Shown here: one piece after another, positions 38,577 to 50,024 of the stretch
Numbering within the stretch: position 1 is the first letter of the stretch
How the letters are laid out: each line of letters begins with the position of its first letter
Origin: an uncultured Methylomirabilota bacterium
GTDB lineage: Bacteria > Methylomirabilota > Methylomirabilia > Methylomirabilales > 2-02-FULL-66-22
DNA: 64,000 nucleotides
Direction: 5' to 3'
Assembly: GCA_963705305.1 (NCBI GenBank)
Contig: OY970067.1
Location: 4,928,001-4,992,000, forward strand
Program-made: the position numbers and the translations under genes
The notes under the pieces: model-generated
Seen by the model: only the letters and a program-made list of their open reading frames with translations
The model's database searches: none
What the model was told of the DNA's origin: nothing

Positions 38577-39767
38577 ATGGCGACAAGGGCGAATGGCGGT
38601 GTGTGGGGAATCTCGGCGGTCGTGGCGGGCCTGGCCATCCTGCTGTGGACGGTGGGGGCGCAGGCGGGGGAGACCCTGAAGATCGGCGCGAGCTACCCGA
38701 CGAGCGGCGGGGTCGCGGAGGCGGCAAGCTATACGGTCGAGGGCATCAAGATGGCCGTGGACGAGATCAATGCCAAGGGGGGCGTCTCTGTCGGGGGCAA
38801 GAACCTGCCGATCGAGCTGTTCCTCTACGACAGCAAATGCGATCCCACCATCGGGGTGGCCAACGCCGAGAAGATGATCACCCGCGATCAGGTAGTGGCC
38901 ATCACGGGAGACTTCTGCAGCTCGGTCACGCTGGCGCAGAAGGAGGTCTCCGGGCGCGCCAAGGTCCTTCAGGTGACCCCGATCGCGGTGGCCCCCAAGA
39001 TCACGGAGCCGGGCTATCCCTTCATGTTCCGCACCTGCAACACCATCGACATGTACGCGGCGCCGGTGGTAGAGTTCATCGTCGACAAGCTCCCCCAGGT
39101 GAAGACCCTGGGCATCCTGGCGGCGACCGACGATTACGGCCGGGGCGCGGTCAACATCTACACCCAGCTCCTGGCGAAGGTGGGCATCAAGCTGGTCGAT
39201 ACGGAGTACTTCAAGCACGGCGATACCGATTTCTACACCCAGATCACCAAGCTCGTCGCGGCCAAGCCGGACGGCGTCTACATCGTGACCAACGAGGATG
39301 CCCAGAACATCGGCCTCCTGAAGCAGTTGAAGGAGCTGGGGTATAAGGGCGTCCTCTTCGGAGCCAGCACCTACAACACGGACAACATGGTCAAGCTGGG
39401 CGGAAAGGAATTGCTGGAGGGGCTGTACATGGAAGGTCCCGTCTTCGAGCTGGTGAAGGACACGCCTGCGGTCAAGGAATGGCTCGCGCGCTACGCCAAG
39501 CAGTTCGGGCGCGAGGGGAACAATTTCTCCATTCTGGGCTATCAGTCCATTGAGCTTCTGGCCGACGTGTTCAAGCAGGCCAACACGCTGACCGACAAGG
39601 AGAAGATCCGGCAGGCCATGGTTCACGCGGATTTGCGTCAGGCCATGATCGGCTACTCCGGCGACCCCCATTTCGACGCGAACGGGCAGGTTCACCCGTA
39701 TATGGGCGTCACGCAGTATCAGAACGGGAAGCGCGTGGCGGTGTACCAGCAGAAGGGGACGAAATAA
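38577..39767 (+). CDS. LivJ/LivK-type periplasmic binding protein
   Basis: Signal peptide; AVDEINAKGG, DSKCDP, DDYG, TDFYTQITK. Confidence 0.9.
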   Translation: MATRANGGVWGISAVVAGLAILLWTVGAQAGETLKIGASYPTSGGVAEAASYTVEGIKMAVDEINAKGGVSVGGKNLPIELFLYDSKCDPTIGVANAEKMITRDQVVAITGDFCSSVTLAQKEVSGRAKVLQVTPIAVAPKITEPGYPFMFRTCNTIDMYAAPVVEFIVDKLPQVKTLGILAATDDYGRGAVNIYTQLLAKVGIKLVDTEYFKHGDTDFYTQITKLVAAKPDGVYIVTNEDAQNIGLLKQLKELGYKGVLFGASTYNTDNMVKLGGKELLEGLYMEGPVFELVKDTPAVKEWLARYAKQFGREGNNFSILGYQSIELLADVFKQANTLTDKEKIRQAMVHADLRQAMIGYSGDPHFDANGQVHPYMGVTQYQNGKRVAVYQQKGTK

Positions 39768-39978
39768 GCGAGGGCCGCGGGGCTTTTCGGCACGCCCCGT
39801 CGGTCGCTCGGCCGGGCGATCGGACATCGCGCCGGCCCCGACGGGGGCGTGCCGGCGTCGCCATCCGGGTGACGGGTCGCCCCGACCGCGCGGCGCGGTA
39901 GCCTCTTCCGGGGTGACGGCTGCGGCGCCGGTCCGGAGACGGCACGCCTGTCGGGGCATGGAGAAAGGTCGAAAGAGA

Positions 39979-41232
39979 ATGGAGCTCATGGAACGGCTGA
40001 CCAGGCACCTCGACCGCGACGCGTTGGTCCAGGTGCTTCAAAAGCTGGTCCGCATCAACAGCGTGACGGGCGAGGAGGATGCCGCGCAGGAAGAGATGGT
40101 CCGGATCCTGCGAGACCTCGGCGGCGAGGTGGATGCGTGGCGCGTCGACGCGCACGCTCTCAAGGATCATCCCCACTTTCCGGGCGCCAGGATTCTGACC
40201 CCCCGGCTCAATGTGGCGGCGAGCTTCCCCGGCGTCTCAACCGGCCCGGCCCTGGTGCTGAACGGCCACATCGATACCGTCACGGCCGGCGAGGAGGGGC
40301 GCTGGAGGCATCCGCCATTCGGGGGAGAGGTCGCGGACGGCAAGCTGTACGGGCGAGGGGCCGCAGACATGAAGGGGGGCCTGGCGGCCATTCTGGGGGC
40401 ACTGGGGGCGATCCGGAAGGCCGGGCTTCGGCTGCGGGGATCGGTCTGTGTCCAGAGCGTCATCGGTGAGGAAGACGGGGGGCTCGGGACCTTTGCGGCG
40501 CTTGTCCGGGGACACCGCGGCGACGGCGTCATCGTCTGCGAGCCCACCCGGCTCGAGGTGGCCCCCGCGCATGCCGGGGTGACCCTCTTTCGAATCACGG
40601 TCGCCGGTCGCGCCGCCCACGGCGCGGTCCGAGACGAGGGGGTGAGCGCCTTTCATAAGTTCGTCCCGATCCACCAGGCGCTCGCCTCGCTGGAGCAGCG
40701 GCGAAACGAGGCCCTGCGCCATCCCCTCTACGAGGGAATCAGCCTGCCCTGGCCCCTCAGCATCGGCCTCGTGACCGCCGGCACCTGGCCGTCGATCGTT
40801 CCCGAAACCCTCATCGCCGAGGGCCGCATCGGGGTGGCCATCGGAGAGCGCATCGCCGATGTCCGCCGGCAGGTGGAGCAGGTCGTGGCCGAAGCGGCCA
40901 GCCAGGACTCCTGGCTGTCCCGGAATGCACCAAAGGTCGAATGGATCGGCGGGACCTGGGAGCCGACGGTGACGGCGCCCGACCACCCGCTGGTCCGCAC
41001 CCTGAGCGATGCCGTGGCGGGGGTGACCGGACGGGCCGCGTCGGTCCGCGGGGCCACCTACGGCTCGGACCTCCGGCTTTTCACCAACCAGTTCGGGATC
41101 CCCGGAGCCCACTTTGGCCCGGGGGACATCCGCCAGGCCCACTTCACCGACGAGTTCGTGACGCTTGCAGAGGTCGAGACCGCGGCCCTGACATTGGCGG
41201 TCACGGTCGCGCGCTTCTGCGGGACGGTGTGA
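39979..41232 (+). CDS. ArgE/DapE-family M20 deacylase
   Basis: NGHIDTV, GRGAADMKGG, GEEDGG, EPT, AHFTDE. Confidence 0.9.
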   Translation: MELMERLTRHLDRDALVQVLQKLVRINSVTGEEDAAQEEMVRILRDLGGEVDAWRVDAHALKDHPHFPGARILTPRLNVAASFPGVSTGPALVLNGHIDTVTAGEEGRWRHPPFGGEVADGKLYGRGAADMKGGLAAILGALGAIRKAGLRLRGSVCVQSVIGEEDGGLGTFAALVRGHRGDGVIVCEPTRLEVAPAHAGVTLFRITVAGRAAHGAVRDEGVSAFHKFVPIHQALASLEQRRNEALRHPLYEGISLPWPLSIGLVTAGTWPSIVPETLIAEGRIGVAIGERIADVRRQVEQVVAEAASQDSWLSRNAPKVEWIGGTWEPTVTAPDHPLVRTLSDAVAGVTGRAASVRGATYGSDLRLFTNQFGIPGAHFGPGDIRQAHFTDEFVTLAEVETAALTLAVTVARFCGTV

Positions 41233-41235
41233 CGC

Positions 41236-42408
41236 GTGAACACTCTGCCGACACCCGCGGACCGAATGGGCAACCTCCCCGTCTACCTCATGGATGAGGT
41301 CGTTCGCCTGAAGAACCAGGCAGTCGCTCGGGGCATCGACGTGATCGACCTCGGGGTCGGGGACCCGGACTTCCCGACGCCCACGCATATCCGGGAGGCC
41401 GCGCACGCCGCCCTCGAGGACGAGCTGAATCACCACTACTCCTCCTACCGGGGCCTCGCGGAGCTCCGGCACGCGTTCGCCGACTGGTACTCCGGGCGCT
41501 TCGGCGTGTCCCTGGACCCGGAGACCGAGGTCCTCCCCTTGATCGGCTCGAAGGAGGGGATCGGCCACATCCATCTGGCCTACGTGAACCCGGGGGACGA
41601 GGTGCTCATTCCCGACCCAGGCTATCCGACGTACCAGGGCGGAACCATCCTGGCCGGCGGCATCCCCCGGCGCTATGCCCTGTCTGCCGACACCGGATGG
41701 CTTCCGGATCTGGACGCCATCGCAGGCCGGGATCTCCGCCGCGTCACGCTCATGCACCTGAACTTCCCCGGCAATCCCACGGCGGCCACGGCGCCGCTCC
41801 AGTTCTTCGAGCGGGCGGCGGAATTTGCGCTGGCATCCAGGATCGCCCTCTGCCATGACGCCGCCTACTCCGAGCTGTACTTCGACGGGGTCCGGCCGCC
41901 CAGCTTCCTGCAGGCCCGGCATGCGAGGCGGGTTGGGATCGAGTTCCACTCCCTCTCGAAGACGTATCTCATGACCGGCTGGCGGATCGGTGTCGCCGTC
42001 GGCAATCGTGAGATCATCGCGGCCCTCGGGGCGGTGAAGTCCAACTACGAGACGGGGATCTTCCCGGTCGTCCAACGGGCAGGCATTGCCGCGCTGCGCG
42101 GGGACCAGAGTTTTCTGGAGGATATCCGCGGCCACTTCCAGCGACGACGGGATCTCTTCGTGGATGGGCTGACCAGTCTCGGCTTCCCGGTGCAACGGCC
42201 GAAGGCGACCTTCTACGTGTGGGCGGGCATTCCGGGCGGCGAGCCCTCCGAGCGATTCGCCGCGCGGCTGCTGAGCGACGCGGGGATCGTCGTCACGCCG
42301 GGTGCCGGCTTCGGCCCATGCGGCGAGGGATATTTCCGGGCGGCCTTGACGGTCGGTGAAGACCGGTTGCAGGAAGCCCTTGAGCGCATCCGAAAGGTGT
42401 GCGGCTGA
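41236..42408 (+). CDS. Class I PLP aminotransferase (LL-diaminopimelate aminotransferase-like)
   Basis: GSKEG, NFPGNPT, HDAAYSE, SLSKTYLMTGWRIG. Confidence 0.88.
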   Translation: MNTLPTPADRMGNLPVYLMDEVVRLKNQAVARGIDVIDLGVGDPDFPTPTHIREAAHAALEDELNHHYSSYRGLAELRHAFADWYSGRFGVSLDPETEVLPLIGSKEGIGHIHLAYVNPGDEVLIPDPGYPTYQGGTILAGGIPRRYALSADTGWLPDLDAIAGRDLRRVTLMHLNFPGNPTAATAPLQFFERAAEFALASRIALCHDAAYSELYFDGVRPPSFLQARHARRVGIEFHSLSKTYLMTGWRIGVAVGNREIIAALGAVKSNYETGIFPVVQRAGIAALRGDQSFLEDIRGHFQRRRDLFVDGLTSLGFPVQRPKATFYVWAGIPGGEPSERFAARLLSDAGIVVTPGAGFGPCGEGYFRAALTVGEDRLQEALERIRKVCG

Positions 42409-42760
42409 ATCGCCCCTCCGATATCCCGCCGTCCGTCGGGATCACCTGCCCCCGCCCGCGCCGACCCGCCATCCCCAGCTCAGTCCGCGCCCCCTCATGG
42501 AAGAATCCAAACCTGTCTCCAAGGAAACCAAGCAATTAGCGCGCAAAAGGTGTCCGGTACCTTTCGCTCACTGCGAAGGGGCCCCGGAGCACAGCACGGA
42601 GCGGTCTCCCGCGGCGGGACGACATACGTGAGGAGACGCGGTGCCCATGCATCGAGAGGAGGAATTTATGTTGACAGCGCGAAGACGGCCGGGCCCCCTC
42701 TCACCTCGCAGCCTAGGGCCGCCGGCGACTACAAGCGGAAAACCATCGCATTCTCGGAGA

Positions 42761-43513
42761 TCAGACGCGGCGCGGGCCTCTCCGACGGGGGCGCGGGACG
42801 GGGGCTTTGGCAGGGGGGTTGGCGCGATAGGCGGTCGGCGTGCGGCCGGTGGCCCGCGTGAACACCTTGACGAAGGTCGGACTGTCCTGATACCCGACGC
42901 GGTGGGCGATCTGCTCGATGCCGAGCGCCGTGGCACAGAGGAGGTGCGCCGCATGCTCCATCCGAAGCTCGGTGAGGTAGCGACGGGGGGTCGTGCCGGC
43001 CGCCTCGGTGAACCGGCGGTGGAACTGGCGCCCCGAGAGGCCGACCATACGCGCCAGGCTTTCCGTGGTGTGCGCCCGGTCCAGATGCGCGATCATGAGG
43101 CGGCGGGCCGACTCCACCGGATCCTCCGCCAGGCCACCGGGATGGACCAGACGGGCCAGTGCAGATCGCAGGTCAGGGAGGCTCACCGGCTTCTTGAGGT
43201 AGTCGTCGGCCTTGGCGCGGATGGCACGGATGGCCAGCTCTTCGGTACCGTGACCGGTGAGGACCAGGATGGAAGCCTGCGAGAGATCGCGGAAGCGCGC
43301 GATGAGGTCGAGGCCGTGCTCCTCGCCCAGGATGGCGTCCAGGATGATGGCGGCGACGGGTTGCTTCTGGAGGAGGGCGCAGGCCTCCCTCCCGCTGGCG
43401 GCCTGGTGGACCACGTAGCTATTCCCCAGGGCCAAGCCGATGGCCTCGCGGACATTCGGCTCGTCGTCCACGACGAGGATGTGGGGGACCGTGGATCCAG
43501 CGGCAGCAGCCAT
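42761..43513 (-). CDS. Response regulator with AraC-type HTH output domain
   Basis: LVVDDE, ILD, LTG, KKP receiver plus RMEHAAHLL..IEQIAHRVGY..F..TGRTP..YR. Confidence 0.9.
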   Translation of the reverse strand: MAAAAGSTVPHILVVDDEPNVREAIGLALGNSYVVHQAASGREACALLQKQPVAAIILDAILGEEHGLDLIARFRDLSQASILVLTGHGTEELAIRAIRAKADDYLKKPVSLPDLRSALARLVHPGGLAEDPVESARRLMIAHLDRAHTTESLARMVGLSGRQFHRRFTEAAGTTPRRYLTELRMEHAAHLLCATALGIEQIAHRVGYQDSPTFVKVFTRATGRTPTAYRANPPAKAPVPRPRRRGPRRV

Positions 43514-43563
43514 CGCACTTCCCTCCTCGATGGCAAGGTCGGGCACAATCGGCGATGGGCATT

Positions 43564-43593
43564 ACTTTATGGAGGAACGCCGGAAGCTGTCAA
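43564..43593 (-). promoter_or_regulatory. sigma70-type promoter candidate
   Basis: TTGACA-18 bp-TAAAGT. Confidence 0.5.
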
Positions 43594-43700
43594 CAAAAAT
43601 GAGACACACGTCACAGATTTCGCGTGACGTGCGCCACCCAACACTCGCTCTGCTTTTCGGGAGGCCCCGGGAGTCCGCCCATGTCCGACCACCGCGTCCA

Positions 43701-43948
43701 CTGGCAGAATGCTGAAAACTCGATTTCCCCCGGGCTGCTCAAAAAGGTCCAGATGTCCCTCGACATCGCTCGGGACCGTGAGCGGTTCGACTGTGCTCAC
43801 CGCCCTGAGCTTGTCGAAGGGCCTGTCGAACGGCAAGGCGGCCTCCCCCATCCCTCGGGATGGGTACCCGGGACGGGGCACCCACCACAGGTGGGTCAAG
43901 GCGTACTTCCGGTACGCCGCAGATGGGCCTTTTTCAGCAGCCTGTTAG
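43701..43948. repeat. TIR-bounded, hairpin-rich repeat element (medium form)
   Basis: CTGGCAGAATGCTGAAAA ... TTTTCAGCAGCCTGTTAG; core closely matches 29766-30061. Confidence 0.85.
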
Positions 43949-44526
43949 ACCAGGTCGCACGCCTCCGCCGGCATCCAATGCGCATCCTGCCCTTCCCATT
44001 TGACGTTGCAGCCGATGGGATTCGTGAGCGGCGTGCGCACGGGCCGGCCGGCCAGCACGTCCTCCAGGGCCCGCTCCAGATCGTTGACGGTCATGGCGGC
44101 TGAAGTCCGCGGGTTGTCGATCCCCCGCCCAGTGTACACGAGCCGGCGCGCGCGGTCGAACACGTAGAAGTGGGGCGTGCGGAGCGCCCCATACGCCCGG
44201 GCCACCGACTGGGTCTTGTCGCGGGCGTAGACCCAGGGGAACCGGTGCTGCTCCATCCGCGCCACCATGTGGGCGAAGTCGTCCTCGGGATGCGTCTGCT
44301 CGCTGTTGGAGTTGATCCCGATGAACGCCACGCCCCGCGGCTTGAAGCGCTCGACCGTCGCCCGGGTCACCTCATCCGACCCCAGGACGAACGGGCAGTG
44401 GTTGCAGGTGAAAAACACCACCACCGCCTTGGCGTCGATGAAGTCGGCCAGGCGGTAGGTCTTGCCGTCGGTCGCCGGGACCTGAAAGTCCGGGGCCGTC
44501 GAGCCGAGGGGAAGTGTAAAGGCCAT
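43945..44526 (-). CDS. Thioredoxin-fold AhpC/TSA-like (PRX-like) protein
   Basis: [29 protein letters not shown]. Confidence 0.9.
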   Translation of the reverse strand: MAFTLPLGSTAPDFQVPATDGKTYRLADFIDAKAVVVFFTCNHCPFVLGSDEVTRATVERFKPRGVAFIGINSNSEQTHPEDDFAHMVARMEQHRFPWVYARDKTQSVARAYGALRTPHFYVFDRARRLVYTGRGIDNPRTSAAMTVNDLERALEDVLAGRPVRTPLTNPIGCNVKWEGQDAHWMPAEACDLV

Positions 44527-44838
44527 GGGCATCCTCCGTACCCTGCTAGATCGGGGTTGTCGCACATGATCTGGGAGAGGCTCATTCGAGCCTAGAGCCT
44601 TAGCCGATGCGGCGCCAGCAAATTGTTGCGGCGCGGCGCGAGAGAGTCGTGCGGACGCCAGAAGATGGTCCGCTCTGCGGGGATTCTCCGATGCAGGATA
44701 TGGGATGCGGTGCCTCCGCTCTTCCGGGTCGAGCGGTGGGGGGCTGGGCGGCCGGGGCGCACCAGACTGTGGATAGCAGACCGATGGGAGGCGACGGCTC
44801 ACGACAACGGAAATGAGCGGGGCTCGTCTGACTCCTGC

Positions 44839-45538
<700 letters not shown>

Positions 45539-45546
<8 letters not shown>

Positions 45547-46336
45547 TGGCGCTTTTGGCAGCCGCCCCCCATCGCTTTCGGCCGAGGTAGGCCTCGATGA
45601 CGCGCGCGTTCTTCTGGACCTCGACCGGCAGTCCCTCGGCTATCTTTTCCCCATAATCCAGCACCGTCACCCGGTCGGAGACCCCCATCACGACCCGCAT
45701 GTTATGCTCGATGAGCAGGATGGTGAGGTGGTAATCGCCGATGAGCCGCCGCAGAAGGTCCATGAGGCTGTGCGCCTCCCCCTGGGTCATGCCGGCCGTG
45801 GGCTCGTCCAAGAGCAGGAGGCTCGGCTCCGAGCCCAGCGCGCGGGCCAGCTCCAGTCGCCGCCGCTCGCCATAGGGGAGGTTGCGCGCCAGCTCGTTCG
45901 CCTTGGCCGTGAGGCCGACCACCCCGAGCAGCGTCTCCGCCCGGCCCCAGAGGCGGCTCTCTTCCTGGTGAAAGCGCCGGGAGCGCGCGAGGACCTCCGG
46001 CATGGAAAGGGTGATCCGGGCGTGCATCCCGACCAGCACATTCTCCAGCACGGTCATGTTGCTGAAGAGTCGGATGTTCTGGAAGGTGCGACAGATCCCG
46101 CTGGCGGCGATCTGGTCCGGGCGCCGGCCCACCAGGGACTCGCCGTGGAAGCGAACGTCGCCCGAGTCCGGCGTATAGAGACCCGTCAAGACATTAAAGA
46201 GCGTCGTCTTCCCCGCGCCGTTGGGACCGATGATGGAGGCGATTTGCCCCTCCTCCAAATCGAAGTCCACGCTGTTCAGGGCGGTGAGGCCACCGAAGCA
46301 CTTGGTGAGTTGCTGCACCTGGAGGATCGTGGCCAC
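45539..46336 (-). CDS. livG: ABC ATP-binding protein (LivG-like)
   Basis: GPNGAGKT, RTFQNIRLF, LPYG, VIEAYLG. Confidence 0.93.
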
Positions 46337-47611
46337 TTACTTCCCTCGAAGCTCGCGGGTGCGACGCCGCGCCGGCAGGATGCCTTGTGGTCGAAAGATC
46401 ATCATGAGGACGAGGATGGCGCCGAACACCATCCGCTCGTATTTGGCCGGCTCCAGTTGCGTCGGGAGGTTGGCCAAGTTGTATCCGAGGATGACCGTCC
46501 CGGCATTCCGCAGCTCGTTGAGCCAGAGCGAGAGACCCTTGAGGACCTGCAGGTTGAGCACCGTCACCACCGAGGCCCCCAGGATGGCGCCGGGGATGGA
46601 TCCCATCCCGCCCAGGATGACCATGGACAGCACGCCGATGGACTCCAAGAAGGTGAAGGACTCCGGATTGATGAACACCTGCTTGGCGCTGAAGACCGCC
46701 CCCATGGCGCCCGCGAACGAGGCGCCGCAGGCAAAGGCCAGCAGCTTCATTCGCGCCAGCGGGACGCCCATGGCTTGGGCTGCCACTTCGTCCTCGCGGA
46801 TGGCCTCCCAGGCCCGGCCGATGTGGGAATCTTCCAGTCGCCGGTTCACCATGATGACCACGCCCACGATGAGCAGCACCAGGAAATAGAAGTAGAGGGG
46901 ATACAGCGTTATGGGAGACGCCGCGATCCCCACGTGCTCGAGCCATGGCTGAAAGAAGAGGGGCGGCCGCACGATGGGCGTGATCCCCTGGGGCCCGTTG
47001 GTGAAATTGATGGGCTTGTCCAGGTTGTTGGCCAGGACGCGGATCACCTCGCCGAAGCCGAGCGTGACGATGGCGAGGTAGTCGCCGCGCAGGCGCAGGA
47101 CCGGGAGCCCGAGCAGGACCCCCATGCACGCCGCCACGGTCACAGCCAGCAGCAGGAACACGAAGAACCACCACCCGGCCAGCGGGAAGTGCGCCACCGT
47201 TTCGGGGATGAATTTTCCGGCTTGGGACGAGCCGAAGATCGCCCAGGTGTACGCCCCCACCGCATAGAAGGCCACGTACCCGAGATCCAGGAGTCCGGCC
47301 AGCCCCACCACGATGTTGAGGCCCAGCGCCAGGGCCACGAAGATGCCGACCTGCGTCGCCACCTCCAGGTAATAGCCGTTGATCGTTCCCAAGATCGGCA
47401 TCAAGACGCCCAGGGTCAGGCAGCCCAGCGCCATCTTCAGCCAGGGCCTCACCCGGGCGAGGTAGAGCAGGAGGATGGAGGCCTGGAAGAGGAGGAAGAC
47501 GGTGATCGAACGCGGATAATGGGCCACGCCGAAGGATGACGCGCCGATGACGAGGACGACGAGGAACGTCGCCGGCCACGGCCGGTCGAGGAAGGCGCTC
47601 AGAGTCCTCAC
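46337..47611 (-). CDS. livM: Branched-chain amino acid ABC permease (LivM)
   Basis: GLAGLLDLGYVAFY, LRLRGDYLAIVTLGFGE, GRAWEAIREDE. Confidence 0.93.
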   Translation of the reverse strand: MRTLSAFLDRPWPATFLVVLVIGASSFGVAHYPRSITVFLLFQASILLLYLARVRPWLKMALGCLTLGVLMPILGTINGYYLEVATQVGIFVALALGLNIVVGLAGLLDLGYVAFYAVGAYTWAIFGSSQAGKFIPETVAHFPLAGWWFFVFLLLAVTVAACMGVLLGLPVLRLRGDYLAIVTLGFGEVIRVLANNLDKPINFTNGPQGITPIVRPPLFFQPWLEHVGIAASPITLYPLYFYFLVLLIVGVVIMVNRRLEDSHIGRAWEAIREDEVAAQAMGVPLARMKLLAFACGASFAGAMGAVFSAKQVFINPESFTFLESIGVLSMVILGGMGSIPGAILGASVVTVLNLQVLKGLSLWLNELRNAGTVILGYNLANLPTQLEPAKYERMVFGAILVLMMIFRPQGILPARRRTRELRGK

Positions 47612-48583
47612 CTACGCACGCTCCCTCACGATTTCGCCCAGCAGCCCCTTCGGGCGGAAGATCAGGATCAGGATCAGGACCGAGAAGGCGAAGATGTCTT
47701 TGTACTCCGCCCCGAAGGCACCCCCGGTCAGGAGCGAGAGGTATGAGGCGGCGAATGCCTCGAGCAGGCCCAACACCAGGCCGCCCATCATGGCCCCCGG
47801 GATATTGCCGATCCCGCCCAGGACCGCCGCCGTGAAGGCCTTGATTCCCGGGATGAATCCGGTGTAGGGGTTGATCAGGTTGTACTGGACGCCGAAGAGG
47901 ACCCCGGCCGCCCCGCCCATGGCCCCCCCGATCAGGAAGGTCAGGGAGATGATCCGGTTCACATTGACCCCCATCAGGCTGGCCGTGGTCTGGTCCTCGG
48001 CCACCGCCCGCATGGCCTTCCCCACTTTGGTCCGATTGACGATGAGTTGAAGAATCCAGAGCATCAAGAGGGCGGCCCCGATCACCACCAGCGACTTCAC
48101 CGGCACGTCGACGTTCTGGGTGATCGAGAAGCGGTAGTTGAGCTGGTCCATGGTCGGGTAGACCATGTTGAAGGAGTTGTTCCAGAGGCTCTCGGTCAGT
48201 CGGATGGCATCCTGAAGGAAGAAGGAAACCCCGATGGCGGAGATCAAGGGGACGAGGCGCGGCGCGGCGCGCAGCGGCCGGTAGGCCACCCGCTCCACTG
48301 TGACCGCCAAGAGGCCGCTGCCGGCCATCCCCGCCACGAGAAGGAACGCCAGCACCAGGAAGGGGGACAGGCTGCCCAGGATTCCCCATTGCTTGAGGGC
48401 GAGGAGGATTTCGCAGCCGACAAAGGCCCCCAGAACGAAAATCTCGCTGTGGGCAAAGTTGATAAACTCCAGGACGCCGTAGACCATGGTGTAGCCGAGG
48501 GCGATCAGGGCATACATGAAGCCCAGGATGATTCCATCCAGCAGAACCTGGGGGAATATGGCGATGAGGAGAGACCAGTCCAT
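47612..48583 (-). CDS. livH: Branched-chain amino acid ABC permease (LivH)
   Basis: YALIALGYTMVYG..INFAH, KAFTAAVLGGIG. Confidence 0.93.
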   Translation of the reverse strand: MDWSLLIAIFPQVLLDGIILGFMYALIALGYTMVYGVLEFINFAHSEIFVLGAFVGCEILLALKQWGILGSLSPFLVLAFLLVAGMAGSGLLAVTVERVAYRPLRAAPRLVPLISAIGVSFFLQDAIRLTESLWNNSFNMVYPTMDQLNYRFSITQNVDVPVKSLVVIGAALLMLWILQLIVNRTKVGKAMRAVAEDQTTASLMGVNVNRIISLTFLIGGAMGGAAGVLFGVQYNLINPYTGFIPGIKAFTAAVLGGIGNIPGAMMGGLVLGLLEAFAASYLSLLTGGAFGAEYKDIFAFSVLILILIFRPKGLLGEIVRERA

Positions 48584-48615
48584 TGGCCGACCGTGTGCGC
48601 GCAGGGGAGCACACA

Positions 48616-48652
48616 AGAAAGGGGAAGGGCCCTCCCGGCCCCTCCCCTTTCT
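48616..48652 (-). terminator. Intercistronic hairpin / possible intrinsic terminator after livK
   Basis: AGAAAGGGGAGGGGCC..GGCCCTTCCCCTTTCTT on minus strand. Confidence 0.55.
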
Positions 48653-48668
48653 CAGGCGATGCCCCGCC

Positions 48669-49868
48669 CTACTTCTTCAGGGGCGGCGGCGCGATCTCCT
48701 TCCGCTCCAGCAGCTTGTTGTCGTCCCACTTGGCGGGATCCGCGGAGACAACTTGCAGGATGAAGTATCCCGCCTTCAGACGATCGCCCTTCCCGTCGAA
48801 CGCGATGTCCCCGGTGATGCCCGAATACTTGACCTTGCGCACAGCTGACGCCACCGCCTCGCGGGTGGGCATCTTGCCGCCATTGCTCTTGATCACGTTT
48901 TCAATGGCCTTCAGCGCGATCGCCGTTGCGTCATAGGACTCGGCGCCGTACGGCTGCGGCTCTTTCCCGAACCGCGCCTTGTACGACTTCACGAAGTCCT
49001 TGGCCTTGGGGTAGAAGGCTACGGGGCCTGCAGCCGTTGTGTAGTACATCCCGACGACAGCCTCCCCGCCGATCTTCGCCAGGTCCGGAGAGTCCAGCCC
49101 ATCCGGGCCGAGGAAGACGGCCTTGATGCCCTTCTCGCGCGCCTGCTTGAAGAGGGGCGCGGCTTGGGAGTAGATGCCGCCGAAGTATATGAGGTCCGGA
49201 TTCTTGGCCTTGGCCGGCGTCAGGATGGGATCGAAGTTCGACTTCTCCTCGGTCCCTTCGAAGCCGAGGATCTGGATGCCGAGCTTCTTCGCGTCGTCTC
49301 GGAAGAACTCGGCGACGCTCTGCCCGTACGTCGTTTTGTCCTGGATCACGTAGGCGCTCTTGATCTTCAAACCTTTGGCAAACTCGGCCCCGACGGCCCC
49401 CTGGACATCGTCACGGCCGCAGACGCGGTTGACGTTCGGCAGGTTCCGGTCGGTGATCATGGGATTGGTGTTGGCCGGAGAGATCTCGGCCAGATCCACC
49501 TCTTTGTACACCTCCGAGGACGGGATGGCGACGCCCGAGTTGTAGTGGCCGATCACGGCCAGGATCTCTTTATCGGTGATCATGTTCCTGGCGTTGGCCA
49601 CGCCCACGTCGGGTTTTGCCTGGTCATCGAACGGGACCAGCTCCACCTTGAAGCCCAGCTTTTCAATGGGACCCTTCAGCTGCTCGACGGCCAACTGTGC
49701 CGCCAGCTTGATCCCCTCCCCCGGTGCCGACTGGTCGCCGGACAGCGGGCTCTGGGTTGCGATCTTGATCGTCCCCTTGGCCGCGCCCGCGAAGGTGGCG
49801 ACCGGGGCGATCAGGACCAGCACAACGAACGCGATGCCGATCCGCCCCCACGGTAGACCGTGTCTCAT
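48669..49868 (-). CDS. livK: Branched-chain amino acid ABC substrate-binding protein
   Basis: Signal peptide; DDQAKP, GHYNSGVAIP, RDDVQG, DKTTYG. Confidence 0.88.
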   Translation of the reverse strand: MRHGLPWGRIGIAFVVLVLIAPVATFAGAAKGTIKIATQSPLSGDQSAPGEGIKLAAQLAVEQLKGPIEKLGFKVELVPFDDQAKPDVGVANARNMITDKEILAVIGHYNSGVAIPSSEVYKEVDLAEISPANTNPMITDRNLPNVNRVCGRDDVQGAVGAEFAKGLKIKSAYVIQDKTTYGQSVAEFFRDDAKKLGIQILGFEGTEEKSNFDPILTPAKAKNPDLIYFGGIYSQAAPLFKQAREKGIKAVFLGPDGLDSPDLAKIGGEAVVGMYYTTAAGPVAFYPKAKDFVKSYKARFGKEPQPYGAESYDATAIALKAIENVIKSNGGKMPTREAVASAVRKVKYSGITGDIAFDGKGDRLKAGYFILQVVSADPAKWDDNKLLERKEIAPPPLKK

Positions 49869-50024
49869 GGTGTTTTCCTCCCTCCTGACGACGATGTGCA
49901 GGCTGCCTGACCAGTTGCCGACGCGTGAGAGACCCTCTGCAAGGCACCCCCGCTATGCGAGGACGTTCGGTTGGCGTGTTCCCGCGTGGAATTATTCCTG
50001 TCGTGCCGGAGATAACGGCGGGTA

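Noticed and set aside
42546..42564. AAAGGTGTCCGGTACCTTT imperfect palindrome as a REP
   Set aside because: Single copy in the window, so it cannot be supported as a repeat here.
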